A stretch of DNA of 64,000 bases from the NCBI RefSeq assembly GCF_009914755.1, contig NC_060930.1. The stretch is one strand, 5' to 3'. The translations under genes were made by a program, and so were the position numbers. The notes under the pieces were generated by a model, which saw only the letters and a program-made list of their open reading frames with translations, was not told the DNA's origin and did not search any database. The DNA comes from the human T2T-CHM13v2.0 reference genome, Homo sapiens. Position 1 is the first letter of the stretch. Each line of letters starts with the position of its first letter. Shown one piece after another: positions 15,310 through 27,774 of this stretch.

Positions 15310-16290
15310 AGCTTTTCAAACACTCAGCTATTGGTTTTGTTGAGTTCTCCAATGTTTTTCTCTTCTCTACTTCATTTATTTACACTTTTAATTTCTATTC
15401 TTTGTTTATTTTGAGTAGATGGCTTCTTTTTTGAGTTTCTTCAAGTGAAATATTAGGTTCTCAATTTGAGATTACTCCTTTGTTTCTTTTATCTTTCTCA
15501 ATATATTCACACTGACAGCAATGCATTTCCCTCTAAGGACTGCTTTCGCTACTTCTCATAAGTTATAATATGCTGTGTTTTTGTTTTAATTCACCTTAAA
15601 GTATTTTCTGATTTTCCTTGTCATTTTCTTCTTGATCATTTCATTTTTAAAGAGTGTTTTGGAAAATATTTTTGTCTTAAAGACCATATTGCCTGATATT
15701 ATTAATTTCAGGCCGGGCACTGTGGCTCACACCTGTAATCCCAGCACTTTGAGAGGCCGAGATTGGAGGATTGCTTGAGCCCAGGAGCAAGGCCAGCCTG
15801 GGCAACAAATCAAGACCCTGTCTCTAGAAACACAGACAAAAAATTGTTAATAGCAATCTCAACTGTCTTTCTTTACTATTGGTGTGCTTTATCTTTTTCA
15901 TAGTTTTACTTTCAACCTACTTGTATCTTTGGATCTATATTGTATCTTTAGATCATTTATAAAATGCATTCTGTCAACCTCTGCTTTTGCTTTTGAGTAT
16001 TTAATAGTTTGAGAGTTAATGGAATTACTGCTAAGGCAGAATTTACACCTGTCACCTTGCTCTTACTTTTCCATGTGTCCTATATCTTTCCTGTTGGTCT
16101 TTTCCACCATTATTTCCTTCCTTTGTGTTAAATAGATATTTTCTACTGCATCACTTTAGTTTCCTTTTGTTTCTTTTTCCTTGATTATTTTTAAAATCTT
16201 ACTTTCTTAGTGGTTTTCCTGGGGAATAGCAATTAATATCTTAATTTATCACAACCTAGATTGGATTAAAAACAACTTTTAATCTTATTT
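15310..16290 (-). mobile_element. Old L1 (L1M) fragment with an Alu monomer at ~15711-15840 (+)
   Basis: T-rich antisense L1-like sequence that truncates the pseudogene. Confidence 0.7.
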
Positions 16291-16330
16291 TATGCTATTT
16301 TATTTTCTGAGGCAGGGTCTCACTCTGATA

Positions 16331-16565
16331 CCCAGGCTGGCATGCAGTGGCAAGATCATAGCTCATTGCAGCCTTGACCTCCTGGGCGGACCAAGGCTGG
16401 CATGCAGTGGTATGATCATAGTTCACTGTAGCCTTGACCTCCTGGGCTGACCCAGGCTGGCATGCAGTGGCATGATCATAACTCACTGCACCCTTGACCT
16501 CCTGGGCTGACCTGGGCTGGCATGCAGTGGTGTGATCATAGCTCACTGTAGCCTTGACCTCCTGG
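16331..16565 (-). repeat. Alu-derived 60-bp tandem repeat (~4 copies)
   Basis: cccaggctggcatgcagtgg...gatcatagctcactgcagccttgacctcctgggc units start at 16331, 16391, 16451, 16511. Confidence 0.95.
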
Positions 16566-16724
16566 CTCAAGCAATGTTTCCTCCTTGGCCTTACAAAGTG
16601 CTAAAAGCAGAGGGATGAGCTGCATGCTTAATTTTAATAGGATGCAAAATCTCTTCTCCAAGATTGCTCTGCTCCCTCCGCCATTTTAAGGTGGAAAAAT
16701 GATAAATATAAAAAGTATATGATA

Positions 16725-17240
16725 TGGATGCTGGGCAGAATCATTCTACCCTCACCCCTACCTCCCTGACAAGATGCGGGTCCGAGTCCCTGGAACCTCT
16801 GCATTGGGTTACATGGAAAGGGGAATGAAGGCTGCAGATGGAGCTGAGGTTGCTCATCATCTGTCCTGGAGATGGGGTAATTCTCTGGATTTCCCAGGGG
16901 TCCATTGTAACCACAGGATCTTTATATAGGAAGATGGGGACAGAAGAGGGAGAACGAGACAGAGGGCACACTGAGGACCCAGCCTGGTGGAGCTCCATTT
17001 GTAGGTGGGAAATGGGTCCTGTGCCATGGATGTGGGCAGCTGGAGAAGCTGGAAAAGGAAAGGAGGAGACAGGTTCTCTCTGAGAGCCTCCTGAAGGAAC
17101 ACAGCTCTGACAGCGCAGTGACGTTATCCCCCTGAGACCATTCGGACTTCTGAGCTCCAGAACCATAAGAAAATCAATATGTCTTGTGCTAAGCCACTAA
17201 ATTTGCAGTATTTTTTTACAACAGCTATTGAAAGCTAACA
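16725..17240 (+). mobile_element. MLT1 (MaLR) LTR
   Basis: Typical MLT1 motifs gggtaattctctggattt...agctggaaaaggaaaggag...ctccagaaccataaga...aagccactaaatttg. Confidence 0.7.
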
Positions 17241-18779
17241 CTATCTGTTTTAAAGTGGTCCTTGCTTTAGGAAGAAAAAATTCAGGTGAGGAAGGCCTAG
17301 GATTGCTCAGGCAGGTGGAAATACTGCATTTTGAAAAAGATGCCTTTACATTTAAAAATGGTTAAGATGCAAACTTTCATGTTACATGTATCATGCCACA
17401 ATTTAATTTGTGCGTGTGAGCATGTGTATGACCAGTCTGGAGTGCAGTGGCACGATCATAGTTCACTGAAACCTCAATCTCCTGGGCTCAAGGCTTTCTC
17501 CCCACTCAGTGTGGGAGAGTGGGGTGCAGGGTAGTCTGAACCCCTCGGGTTGCTGTTTCCCATGCCCTGGCAGAAGCCTCAGTAGTAGTCATACTCCTGC
17601 CTTTACCATGCCATGTGGTAGATCGGTCCAGGGTCCAAGTGGGTCTTGGCTGTGAGTGCAATCGGGGCGAGTCATTCTGTCAGGCTTGGGGACTGTGCTA
17701 CTCAGGAAAATTTTCTCATCAGCCACCCCAATCCTGTCCCAGATGGGAGGAGCAGTGAGTGCTGAGCCCAGGCTCGCTGCCTTCCCAATGCTCCCAGCAT
17801 CACACCAGCTCCTTCCCAGACACTGCAGGGTCCAGGCTCACTGTGTTCACCATGCTCTCACCATTGGCTCCCCATCATCACTGCCCTCCCAGCATCCTCC
17901 CAGCCCCTCTAGGGCACTGCCTGACCAGGTGGGGGTTGGGTGAAGAGGCAGAGGTCAGGGCAAGACTCCTGGTCCAGATTGACTTTACGTTCCTCTCTGA
18001 AACGTGACTGCATTCCACATCCTGTTCCTCTGGCAACCTCAGTTGGGATCATCTGTAGGGCAGTGTAGAATCTGGATCGGTGATGACCAATTCCTGCCAC
18101 CATGGCTTTTCAACTATATTGATTTTTCCTAAAATGGATAAACAGATTAGCAATAAGTTGTGGAAACACTGTTTTCCTTACTAACAATAGAGATGTGTAT
18201 GCATATCAATGCTGGTTTTTAAATATAAGCCCATAGGCACTCTGCTGCATGCAGATTCTATCTCAAAACAAAACACTCTGAAGATGTTCCAAGACCCACA
18301 CATACAGATTCTTTTCCTTTTTTTCTCTGCACGACATTGTATAGAATGACTGCATCACAACAAATGTAACCAGTGTCTATGTCTGAAGATCTAGATGGTC
18401 TCCAGTCAGTTATTTTTACAGAAACCAAATGCTGCAGAAAGTGTGCTTGAATGAATCTCAATTCAATTGTGTAGAATAGATTTCCAGACACAGAATTGCT
18501 GTGCAAAGTAATGCACCTTTAAAGTGTCTCATGTCACGGGATGGCAATGCTGGTAACACTCTTGTCTGTGATTGTGATGACCCAGCTTGGGCAGAGGATG
18601 GTGAAACATCCACTGCAGAGGGAGGGGAAACTGGTACAGGCTTCCTGAGGGACAAGGTGACAGGGTTCATCAAGAGTCAAAAATATCCAAGTCTGAATGA
18701 AGAATATGTATTCATATGCATTTGAAATGGAGTAAAGATTCCCTGGAAAGATGAAAAGAATCCAATAAAGTTTCGTCTG

Positions 18780-19900
18780 TGTGGCCAATGAGAGTGGACG
18801 CAGGCAGGGGCGGGGGAGCCTTTCACACATGACTTTTCATGGTTTCGATCCTGATACACGTGAATATATGGAGGTGAAGTAGTAAGGAAGGGTGGGGCCG
18901 GGAGCCCCGGCGACGGTCACCAGTTGAGCTCGCCTGATCTGTTGTGGGCTACGAGAGTCCGGGGACGGGCAATCTGGGCAGAGTCGCACGAGGCTGCTGC
19001 AGTGATGAGGCACTGGTTCTAGAAATTTACCCAACGGTGTTGTCATAGGGGGGACATTACAGGTGATTGCTGATTTCAACCACAGATGACTTTCGGGGAA
19101 AGTTCTCTCCTGGGGGTTTCTGTTTCTACCCCGCCGCGTCCTCTCCGAGTTCTGCGCGCTCCTCCCAGGGCGCCCGCTGTCCCCGAGCTCTGGACCCGGG
19201 TCCTGCCCAGTGGAGACCGCGGAGTTGGTGCCCCGCTTGCGGCCGATGCTCCCGGGCCTCCGAGTCCACAGCGTCCGGACAAAACGGCCTTTGGAAGACC
19301 TGGGAGGACTCGCCGGTAGCGGCAAGGGAAGGAGCCAGGAAATGCGGGGGTCGGTGGGGTGAGGAGCACGGGGTTCCTACTTCATCCTCGCGGAAACTTT
19401 GCCACCGGCTCAGTGTGGAGACCTCACCGTCCCGCTTGGATCCGTGGGGCTCCGGCAATGTGGCCTCCGCGAGGACCCCCATCCTCCTTGCCCTGGGGAT
19501 GCTGCGGGAGGGCGCCCGGGCCGCACTAGGTCCTGAGTGTCCAGGGTCCGGCAGGGGCTTCCCGTTGTCGCCTCCCCGACCCCGCCGCTCGCGGTCCAGG
19601 GCTCCTGGTTTCTCCACTGGGCTGGGGGCCCGGAGCATGGACGTCGTGAGGCGGAGAAAACCTTGGGATGGGTGGAAAAGAAGGATCGGAGAGAGGGCGG
19701 GAGAAAGGGAGAGGAAGGAAGCAGGTAAGGCCGGAGAACAATGAGCAACCCCCACCACGAAAGTGGGGAGAGGGGGACACGCGCACAGCCCCCACACTCC
19801 ACCGACTCTCCGTCTCCTGCTCTCTGCCCTGTAAGGAACGCAGGCCCCACCCCCTCCACCCTCACTGTGTTTGGGATCAGCCATTTCAGCGGGATGCCTC
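18780..19900. promoter_or_regulatory. Non-genic CpG-rich region with CCAAT, GC box and E-box
   Basis: ggccaatg ~18783, ggggcggggg ~18807, cacgtg ~18857; high CpG density to ~19900. Confidence 0.55.
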
Positions 19901-19983
19901 TTGTGGGTGCGATTGGCATTTCCCTGAGGGCTGTGAACACCAAACACCTTTTCCTGGGCTCACTGCAATTTGCATTCTTCTTC

Positions 19984-20565
19984 TGATGCCAGTGGGCAAG
20001 GGGAGGTCCCCAAACGCTGATGGGACCCCGACTCTAGCCGGTGTGGGGCTCTTGACACCGCATGAGGAAATGAATTCAAGGACGAGTAGGAAAATAGAGA
20101 AAGGATGGAGATTTATTGTAAAAGGAAAAGTACACACTCAAGTAAAGGGAGTGCAGGGGAACTCAAGAGAGAGGCAGGGGCAAGGGGGTTTGGGGCTGCC
20201 AACTTTCAGCGTTTCTTCAACCAAGGGGTGGAATATTCATCAAAATTCCTGGAAGAAGGTGGAGATTTCTCAGAACTGTGGTGCCACCCATTTTTACACC
20301 CAATATGGGTATTCTCAGAATTGCCAGGACACTGGTGGGTGTGTGTTTAGTATGTTAATGAGCATATAATGAGGTCCTAGGTGAAACCTAGGTCAAATCC
20401 AGGGCCATGTTTGGTCCACTCTTTCCTAGCCAGCTTGGTCCACATCCTGTCTTTTAGGGTTTTATCAGCCCAGAGCCTAACAGATATTTCAACAAATTCC
20501 TTTTGCTAGTCACCTGAAACTGCTGCCTAAAATTTTCTATTCTTTTGTGACCACTTTGTGTCTCA
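19984..20565 (-). mobile_element. ERV1-class solo LTR
   Basis: TG...CA ends with cttc/cttt target-site duplication; the paralogous site at ~40175 is empty. Confidence 0.75.
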
Positions 20566-21369
20566 CTTTGGAGAAATATCTATTCAAATCCTTTGCATAT
20601 ATTTAAATTGGGTTATTTTGCTTTATAATGTTGAGTTGCAAGAGTTCTTTATGTATTCAGCATAGCAGCCCCTTACCAGATATAGGATTTTCAAACATTT
20701 TCTAAATTTTTAAAGTGTTTTAACCTTCTAAATGGAAGTCTTTTTGAAGTACAGAGGTTTTACATTAGCATGAAATGAAATTAAGCTACCTTTTATTTTG
20801 CCATTTGCACTACTGGCATACAGTACTTAAGAAGCATTAGCCAAATCCGGGGTCACAAAAATTTACTGCTCTACTTTCTTCTGAGACTGTCATAGTTTCA
20901 TGTCTTAGGTGAACACCTGCCATTCATCTAGAGCTAGTTTTTGTGTGTGCTGTAAGGAAGGGGTCAGCCTCATTCTTCTGCATGTGGCATCCAGTTGTCC
21001 CAGCACCATTCACTGCAGTGTAGGATGCACCTGTCCCACCTCCTGTCCCTCCTCCTGCACTTGGTGTCAGAACTGCCTCCTGCTGAACGGTTCTCCCAGG
21101 GTTTCCACCAATGAAGTCCCCTTATGAATCCTGTGTAGGCGTCTGCTTCTCAGAGGACCTGGACTAAGGAGTGGATTTGCCAGAGGAAATTATATTTCAT
21201 GAGATGTAACCTTCTGAGAATAGTAACACTCAGCATACCCCTGAATACATCAAAAGTAAGAAATTGCATGATTTGGTCATTTGGGTCCCACAAGTCTTCT
21301 GTCAATTTAGCTTATTGGAGTTTAAATTTTTTTTTTGTTATTTCTGCTGTTATTGTTGCTGTTGTTGTT

Positions 21370-21660
21370 GTTTTCTTTGAGACAGGCTCTCACTCTGTCA
21401 CCCAGTCTGGAGTGCAGTGGCACCACCATGACTCACTGCTACCTCAAACTCCCAGGCTCAAGTGATCCTTCCACCTTAGCCTCCTGAGGAGCTGGGACTA
21501 CAGTGACATGCTACTATACTTGGTCTGTTTTAAAATTTTCTGTAGAGACAGGGTCTCACCACGTTGCCACGGCTCATCTCCAACTCCTAGCCCCAAGCAA
21601 TCCTCGGCATTGGCTTCCCAAAGTTCTGGGATTACAGACATGAACCACCACTCCTGGCCC
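21370..21660 (-). mobile_element. AluJ
   Basis: Diverged antisense Alu. Confidence 0.85.
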
Positions 21661-22165
21661 CAAAAGTTATTGCTTTTTAGTTTTTACTTTTCACATGGTT
21701 GTATGACATTATGTAGATTTTTAAAATTCTGTATAAGTAATTTGGGGAATGCTATATAATATAATGTTTTCTTTAGCCACAGCTTCCTAAAGATAGAAGT
21801 GGTATTAAAATGTTGTGCATTCGTCAAATCTTGAAGAAGTTTCAAATTTTTAGGTTGATTCTAACCTCTCATTTTGGTTGACACAATAATCCATAAAAAC
21901 AAGTAAAGCGCCCACTCTGATCTGGAAGGGGTAAGGAGGTGAAAGTATTGATAAGCCAAAGTGACAGCCTCTTTTGTAGACATGATCCTGCCTAAATATC
22001 TCATGCCCCTCAAAAGAGGGCCCTGAACTCCCTGCTTCTGCAGAGCTCCATGCAGTCCTTGAAGCACTCTCTGGCTGTCTCTGCAAGTGGCTGAACAGCT
22101 CCTCCTGGTCTCTGTGGGGCTGCAGAGGCTCCAGGTCCCCATGGCTCAGGGGCTGTCATGCTCAC

Positions 22166-23440
22166 CAGGTCCCATCAAGGGTGCACCCCACTGTGGGTGG
22201 TGGAGGAGACCAGGTGTAGCTGCTCCTGCCTCTACACCTCTCCTGACCGGCCAATCTTAACAGGAGGAAGGAGTAGGGATGAGTGGAGCCATGGAGGTTG
22301 GTGCTGGAAAGAACAGAAATGAAGACCTTCGTCCAATCCCCCAAATGATGGGGATCCCTTTCTGAGTTCTAGCAGCCCTGGGGTAGTCTGATGATTGGAT
22401 TCCTCCCATGTGTCTTAAACCCTATTGTATGGTAGCCACTGTGCTAGGTGCTGGGTTTACATGTGGGTGATGGATGTGTCCAGTCCTTCAGGAACTTAGA
22501 ATCCAGGGACAGAAACAAATACCCACGTGGCTGCTCCTGCTGATGTGATGTCCTCGAGGTGGTTGGGGCTATCAGAGTACAGAAGAGGGGGTGACTCATT
22601 CTGCCTGGGGAGTTGCATGGAGGCTTCTCGGGAGGTGGCATTTCAGACTCTTCTTTTGGGAATGGGAAGAATACAGCATAGCCAGGTGGGAAGAGAAAAC
22701 AGGGCACCTGGCAGAGGGACAAGGATGAGGAGGTGGCCTGGGGGTACAAATATCATAGAACGTTGGGAATCTGTGAGAAGTCTGTAGTAATGAAACCTCA
22801 GTTACTGGGGTAGACTCTTTCCACAGGGAGGAGGGAATGTCAGGAGGGAAGATAGGGAAGGAGGGGTGGGCAGGAACCCCCCTGGAGTCCCTGTCTCCAT
22901 CCACAGCAAATCAACCAGGAAATCAATTCACCATTCATACATGTATGTTAACACACACACACGCAAACACACACAGAGATATGCACGCACAGTCTCTCAC
23001 ACACTCACACCACACATACACATACACTCACACAAAGACACACACATACACAAATGTATACTGAAATACAGACACAGACACAAATGCACGTGCACACACA
23101 AAGACACATAAACACACAGAAGAAACTGGGTGTCATCTCAAGAGTTGTCATGTCTGGCCCATCCTGCCCACTCACCTGTCACCTCAGGGGCTGCCTCCTC
23201 GCTCATGAAGGATTTCTGAAGTCGTCAATCAGGATGTCACTGTGTGATCTGAAACACTCAGACAGCTCCTCACTCTGACCTTCATTCCTGGTCCCCTTGG
23301 TTCTGGGATGAAGCAGAGTCCTATTGGTTTACGTTGCAGCAGACGAGAAACCTCTCCCGTGGGGCAGAACTGCTGGGCCACCAGAGAGCACCCCTCTGCT
23401 CTTTACTCTCAGAGCATCTTTATCTGCAGGGTGGGAGGAA
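22166..23440 (-). pseudogene. Ancient RAET1/ULBP-family pseudogene fragment (alpha2 exon 23176-23440; exon-4-like 22166-22303)
   Basis: ggggcag|TT CCT CCC ACC CTG CAG ATA AAG ATG CTC TGA GAG TAA AGA GCA GAG GGG = PPTLQIKML*E*RAEG versus [16 protein letters not shown]; ends GAG GTG ACA G|gtgagt; TG-rich intron; tttccag|CA CCA ACC TCC ATG GCT CCA versus ULBP3 tttcag|CA CCA CCC ACC ATG GCC CCA. Confidence 0.72.
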
Positions 23441-23639
23441 CTGCCCCAACCCCTAAAAAGGAACTCTTTATGGACCCCTCATCCACCATGATGTCAACGT
23501 CTGTTTTGTCTTCTCTGTAGCCCTTGGCTGTGGATCCCAAGCTGTGTGCCAAGGAGCTCAGGGCACAAACGCACCTTGAGCAAACCCTCTGGGCCTATTG
23601 AAATAGTGTGCTGGACCACACTAGAAAGTACTAGTCCAA

Positions 23640-23860
23640 GATTTTTTATAATTTCAACATTAGACTATGCAACATTGCTTTAGATGACATAGTATTTTTA
23701 AAATCTGTGATTTCAACAGTTGTTGTGATAAAAAACCAAGAACCTCTGCAAAAATCGGTATGAAATAGGAAATAAGGATGGCTGTGTCCAATCTGCTTGC
23801 AAGGTTTGAGAAGTTGCTCAGTGCCCAGCAGGTACACATGTCCATTAATAAACACATGTG
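23640..23860 (+). mobile_element. hAT-Charlie transposon 3' fragment, interrupted by the PHB retrocopy
   Basis: Encodes MAVSNLLARFEKLLSAQQVHMS, resembling a Charlie transposase C-terminus; similar sequence resumes after 25730. Confidence 0.5.
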
Positions 23861-23879
23861 TCTATTTAAGAATGAAATA

Positions 23880-25720
23880 GGGGGAATTCTTGTGGAGGTC
23901 AGAGTGGAAACAGGTGTGAGAGGATCCAGCAGAAGAAAACATGGCTGCCAAAGTGTTTGAGTCCATCGGCAAGTTTGGCCTGGCCTTAGCTGTTGCAGGA
24001 GGCATGGTGAAGTCAGGCTTATATAATAAGGATGCTGGGCACAGAGCTGTCATCTTTGAATGATTCTGTGGATTACCAGACATTGTGGTAGGGAAAGGAC
24101 TCACTTTCTCATCCCATGGGTACAGAAATCAATGATCTTTGACTGCCGTTCTCGACCACATACTGTGCCAGTCATCACTGGTAGCAAATATTTACAGAAT
24201 GTCAACATCACACTGTGCATCCTCTTCCGGCCCGTCTCTAGCCAGCTTCCTCGCATCTTCGCCATCATCGGAGAGGACTATGATGAGCGTGTGCTGACGT
24301 CCATCATGACTGAGATCCTCAAGTCAGTGGTGGCTCGTTTTGATGCTGGAGAACTAATCACCCAGAGAGAGCTGGTTTCCAGGCAGATGAGTGACGACCT
24401 TACAGAGCAAGCAGCCATCTTTGGGCTCATCCTGGACAACGTGTCCTGGACACATCTGGCCTTCAAGAAGTTGTTCACAGAAGCGGTGGAAGCCAAACAG
24501 GTGGCTCAGCAGGAAGCAGAGAGGGCCAGAATTGTGGAAAAGGCTGAGCAGCAGAAAAAGGTGGCCATCATCTCTACTGAGGGCGACTCCAAGGAAGCTG
24601 AGCTGATTGCCAACGAACTGGCCACCTCAGGGGACAGCTTGATGGAGCTGAGCAAGCTGGAAGCTGCAGAGGACATCGCGCACCACCTCTCAGGCTCTCG
24701 GAACATCACCTACCTGCCGGCGGGGCGGTCCGTGCTCCTCCAGCTGCCCCAGTGAGGGCCCACCCTGCCTTCACCTCCATGGACCGACGGCCCACAGACC
24801 CGATGATTCTTAACACCGCCTTCCTTCTGCCCCCTCCCCAGAAATGACTGTGAAATTTCATGATTTGCTTAAAGTGAAGGAAAGAAAAGTAAAATCACTT
24901 CAGATCTCTAATCAGTCTATCAAATGAAACTCTTTCATTCTTCTCACACCCATCTACTTTTTTATCCACCTCCCTACCAAAAATTGCCAAGTGCCTATGC
25001 AAACTGGCTTTAGGTCCCAATTCGGGGTCTGCTGGAGCTTTGGCTTGGGAACCAGCCGCTGGCAGCACGCAGGCAGGGCAGCGTGTGATGGATTGGGGAG
25101 CACAGGTGTCCACCTGGGTCCACGTGTGGCCTCCATCCTGTCACTGATGAAAGATTTGCGGATGAGGGCACATGTGGCTGAACTTAGAAGGCAGGTCTCA
25201 ATCTTCCCAGCAGTTCCTGCACAGGTGCCGCTGAAGAGAGGTGCCGGGGAGGGGCAGTGAGGACGTGGTCTGTGTCTTACCATAAGGGTGATTCTCCTGA
25301 ACTGTGCGACCAGTGGAAGCGGGTGTGTGTGAACTGGGCACAGATGGAAGAATTTGCCCCTGTTGAGGTGGGTAGGCCTGATTGTTGCCCCTCAGGGTCC
25401 TAAAACTTGTATGGACTTGGATAGTGAGGAGGCCTGGACTGAGATGTGAGTCCTGTCGAAGACTCCCTCTCTACCCCCAACCTTGCTCCCTCTCAAATAC
25501 CCAACGGAATTCCAACTTGAAGGATTGTATACTGTTGGGGCTGGATGTGCCGCCAAGGATGTGTCCAATCTGCGTTCCTGCCTCCCTCATTCAGAGACTG
25601 CCCTTCTCAAGGGCTCTGGGCCTGCCCTGGGAAGGAAACAACCGTGGGAAGGAAACAAATGTGTATAAACTGCTGTTAATTAATGACACCTGGCCCTTTC
25701 AGCTCAAAAAAAAAAAAAAA
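23880..25720 (+). pseudogene. PHB1P1: Processed prohibitin-1 pseudogene (5'UTR, CDS 23941-24755, long 3'UTR, poly-A)
   Basis: Intronless [21 protein letters not shown]...LLQLPQ; premature TGA 24061-24063; 1-nt deletion at ~24097; poly-A 25706-25720; imperfect target-site duplication (a)atgaaata/acgaaata. Confidence 0.95.
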
Positions 25721-25844
25721 CACGAAATAAACATACTACTTTTTCAATTCATGTGAAATATTTTCTTAAATCATGATTAAATTGCTCGGTGATAAATATT
25801 GATTGTTTGGTCCTAATTACTTACAAAATACATTCTCCGGTATT

Positions 25845-26172
25845 TCTTTTTTGTTTGTTTTGTTTTTTGTTTTCTTTTGTTTTGTTTTTTTGAGACAGAG
25901 TCTCGCTCTGTCCCCAGGCCAGAGTGCAGTGGCGTGATCTCGGCCTACTGCAACCTCTATCTCCTGGATTCAAGTGATTTTCCTGCCTCAGCCTCCTGAG
26001 TGTCTGTGACTACAGGAACACCTCACCATGCCCAGCTAAGTTTTGTACTTTTAGTAAAGACAGGGTTTCACCATGTTGGCCAGGATGGTCTTGATCTCCT
26101 GACCTCGTGATCCACTGACCTTGGCCTCCCAAAGTGCTGGGATTTACAGCTGTGAGCCACCGCACCCAGCCT
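25845..26172 (-). mobile_element. AluS
   Basis: Antisense Alu with (TTTG)n-type tail. Confidence 0.9.
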
Positions 26173-27774
26173 TTGTTTTAAGGTTGTCTTGAAAATCTTA
26201 CGGAGGCACCTTCTGGATTTTCCCTGGACCACTCCAGGCCATTTCGCCGGCTCTGCCTCCTGAGGGAATGCTCACCTCCTTGAAGCCAGGACTCACAGGT
26301 CACCTTCTTGGGAGAACTTCCTGTTCAGGCTACTGAGGACCTGGGGGCTCCCCTCCCACTCTTCCTCCCCACAACCTTGTTCCCCGCCCCCGAATCATCT
26401 GTCACCTTCCTATGCCCGATGCAATGCACCTGCTCATTACGTTCACCTGCTGTCCCCACTGGAGCAGGGATTTTGTCTGTTTTCCTCAGGGAAGCATCCG
26501 CAGCACAGCCCATTGTTGGTGCTGAGGCTATACTAATCCTGTGAGTGAATAAATCAGAGGCAGTGATTGGGGCAGGGGCTTCTTTCTTGTTCATTCATTC
26601 ACTACACTTTAGATGGTAACTTAAGACATGGTGGGACCAGTGTTTTCTGGGCACAGTAAATCAGAATATATTGTGAAGACAAGAAGTAGAAATAAATAGT
26701 AGGTGGAAGAATGTGAATTTTCAAGTGGGAGTTGGGAAGAGTGAGAGAAAAACCAGTCAGGAAAGGGACAAGTGTGGCTTGGTTGCAGCTAACATGGTGG
26801 AGAAACGCAGCTATCTGCAATAGAGACTGGGCGCTGTTAGGTTTCTCTGCTTTGTCGAGACCATCTCCACAACCTTCTCTGCATCCTCTTCTCTCCTGAT
26901 GCTGAATGCAGCTCTTGTGCCTTCGGTGCCAAGGAAGCCACAGTCCCAGGCCAGAGGAAGGGCTGAGGTGGACAGTAGAAAAGGAGGGAGTGGGTGCAGA
27001 AGGGGACACCTGGAAGCAATGACTTGTGGAGAATAAACAAAAAATATCACTGGAAAATATGACAAAAAAGAAGGGTATAAAGAACAAGGTGGAAATCATC
27101 TGAAATTCTATCATGCGGTGTTTAATGTTAGGGTTTTGGTGTAATCATATGTAATTTTTATAAAATTATGATCATACACCTTAGAATTATTTTAAATGAC
27201 TAGAGTGTATATTTTTAGAGCAGGGATAGAGTTCATAGTGCAGAGCTCTCTCTTGCTCCTACCACTTAATTATTTTTTTTTGGCCTCATGTCATTTTAAT
27301 TATTTATTCATTTTTTATTTCAATTCTTATTGTAAGGGGTACACATGCAGGTTTGTTATATGGGTCAATTGTGGGAGGCTGAGGCTTGGGGTCCTAGTGA
27401 TCCCATCACTCAGCCAGTAAGCATGGTACCCAACAGGTGGTTCTTCAGCCCATGTTCCCCTCCCCGCTCCCCTGTCTAGTGATCTCCAGTGTCTCCATCT
27501 TTACATTCATGTGTATTCAATGTTTAGCTCCTATCTGTAAATGGGAACCTGCAGCATGTGGTCTTCTACTCCTGTGTTATGTTGCTTATGATAATGGCCT
27601 CCAGGTCCATCCATGTAGCTGGAAAGAACTTCATTTTGTTGTCTTTCACGGCTGCATAGATTTTCATGGTGTATGTGGGCCACATTTTCTTCATTCAATC
27701 TGATCTCACACAGCGAAATCCTCTCACCGTGGGTTCAGGACACAGGAGGGGGGAATAATTTAGCCTGGGGAGGT

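Noticed and set aside
15300-18000. Exon 4 / 3'UTR of the RAET1M-like pseudogene
   Set aside because: Homology ends at ~15300 in L1 sequence; the exon-4-like and UTR remnants further on are on the opposite strand
18837-20369. Long overlapping ORFs (162-273 aa) on both strands
   Set aside because: Expected from stop-codon depletion in GC-rich DNA; no recognisable domain; one runs into an LTR; frames are not preserved in the 38.9 kb paralogue
23441-26600. alpha1 exon belonging to the 23176-23440 fossil
   Set aside because: Searched by eye; found only ~200 nt of intron-like sequence, then Charlie, PHB retrocopy, Alu and L2-like DNA
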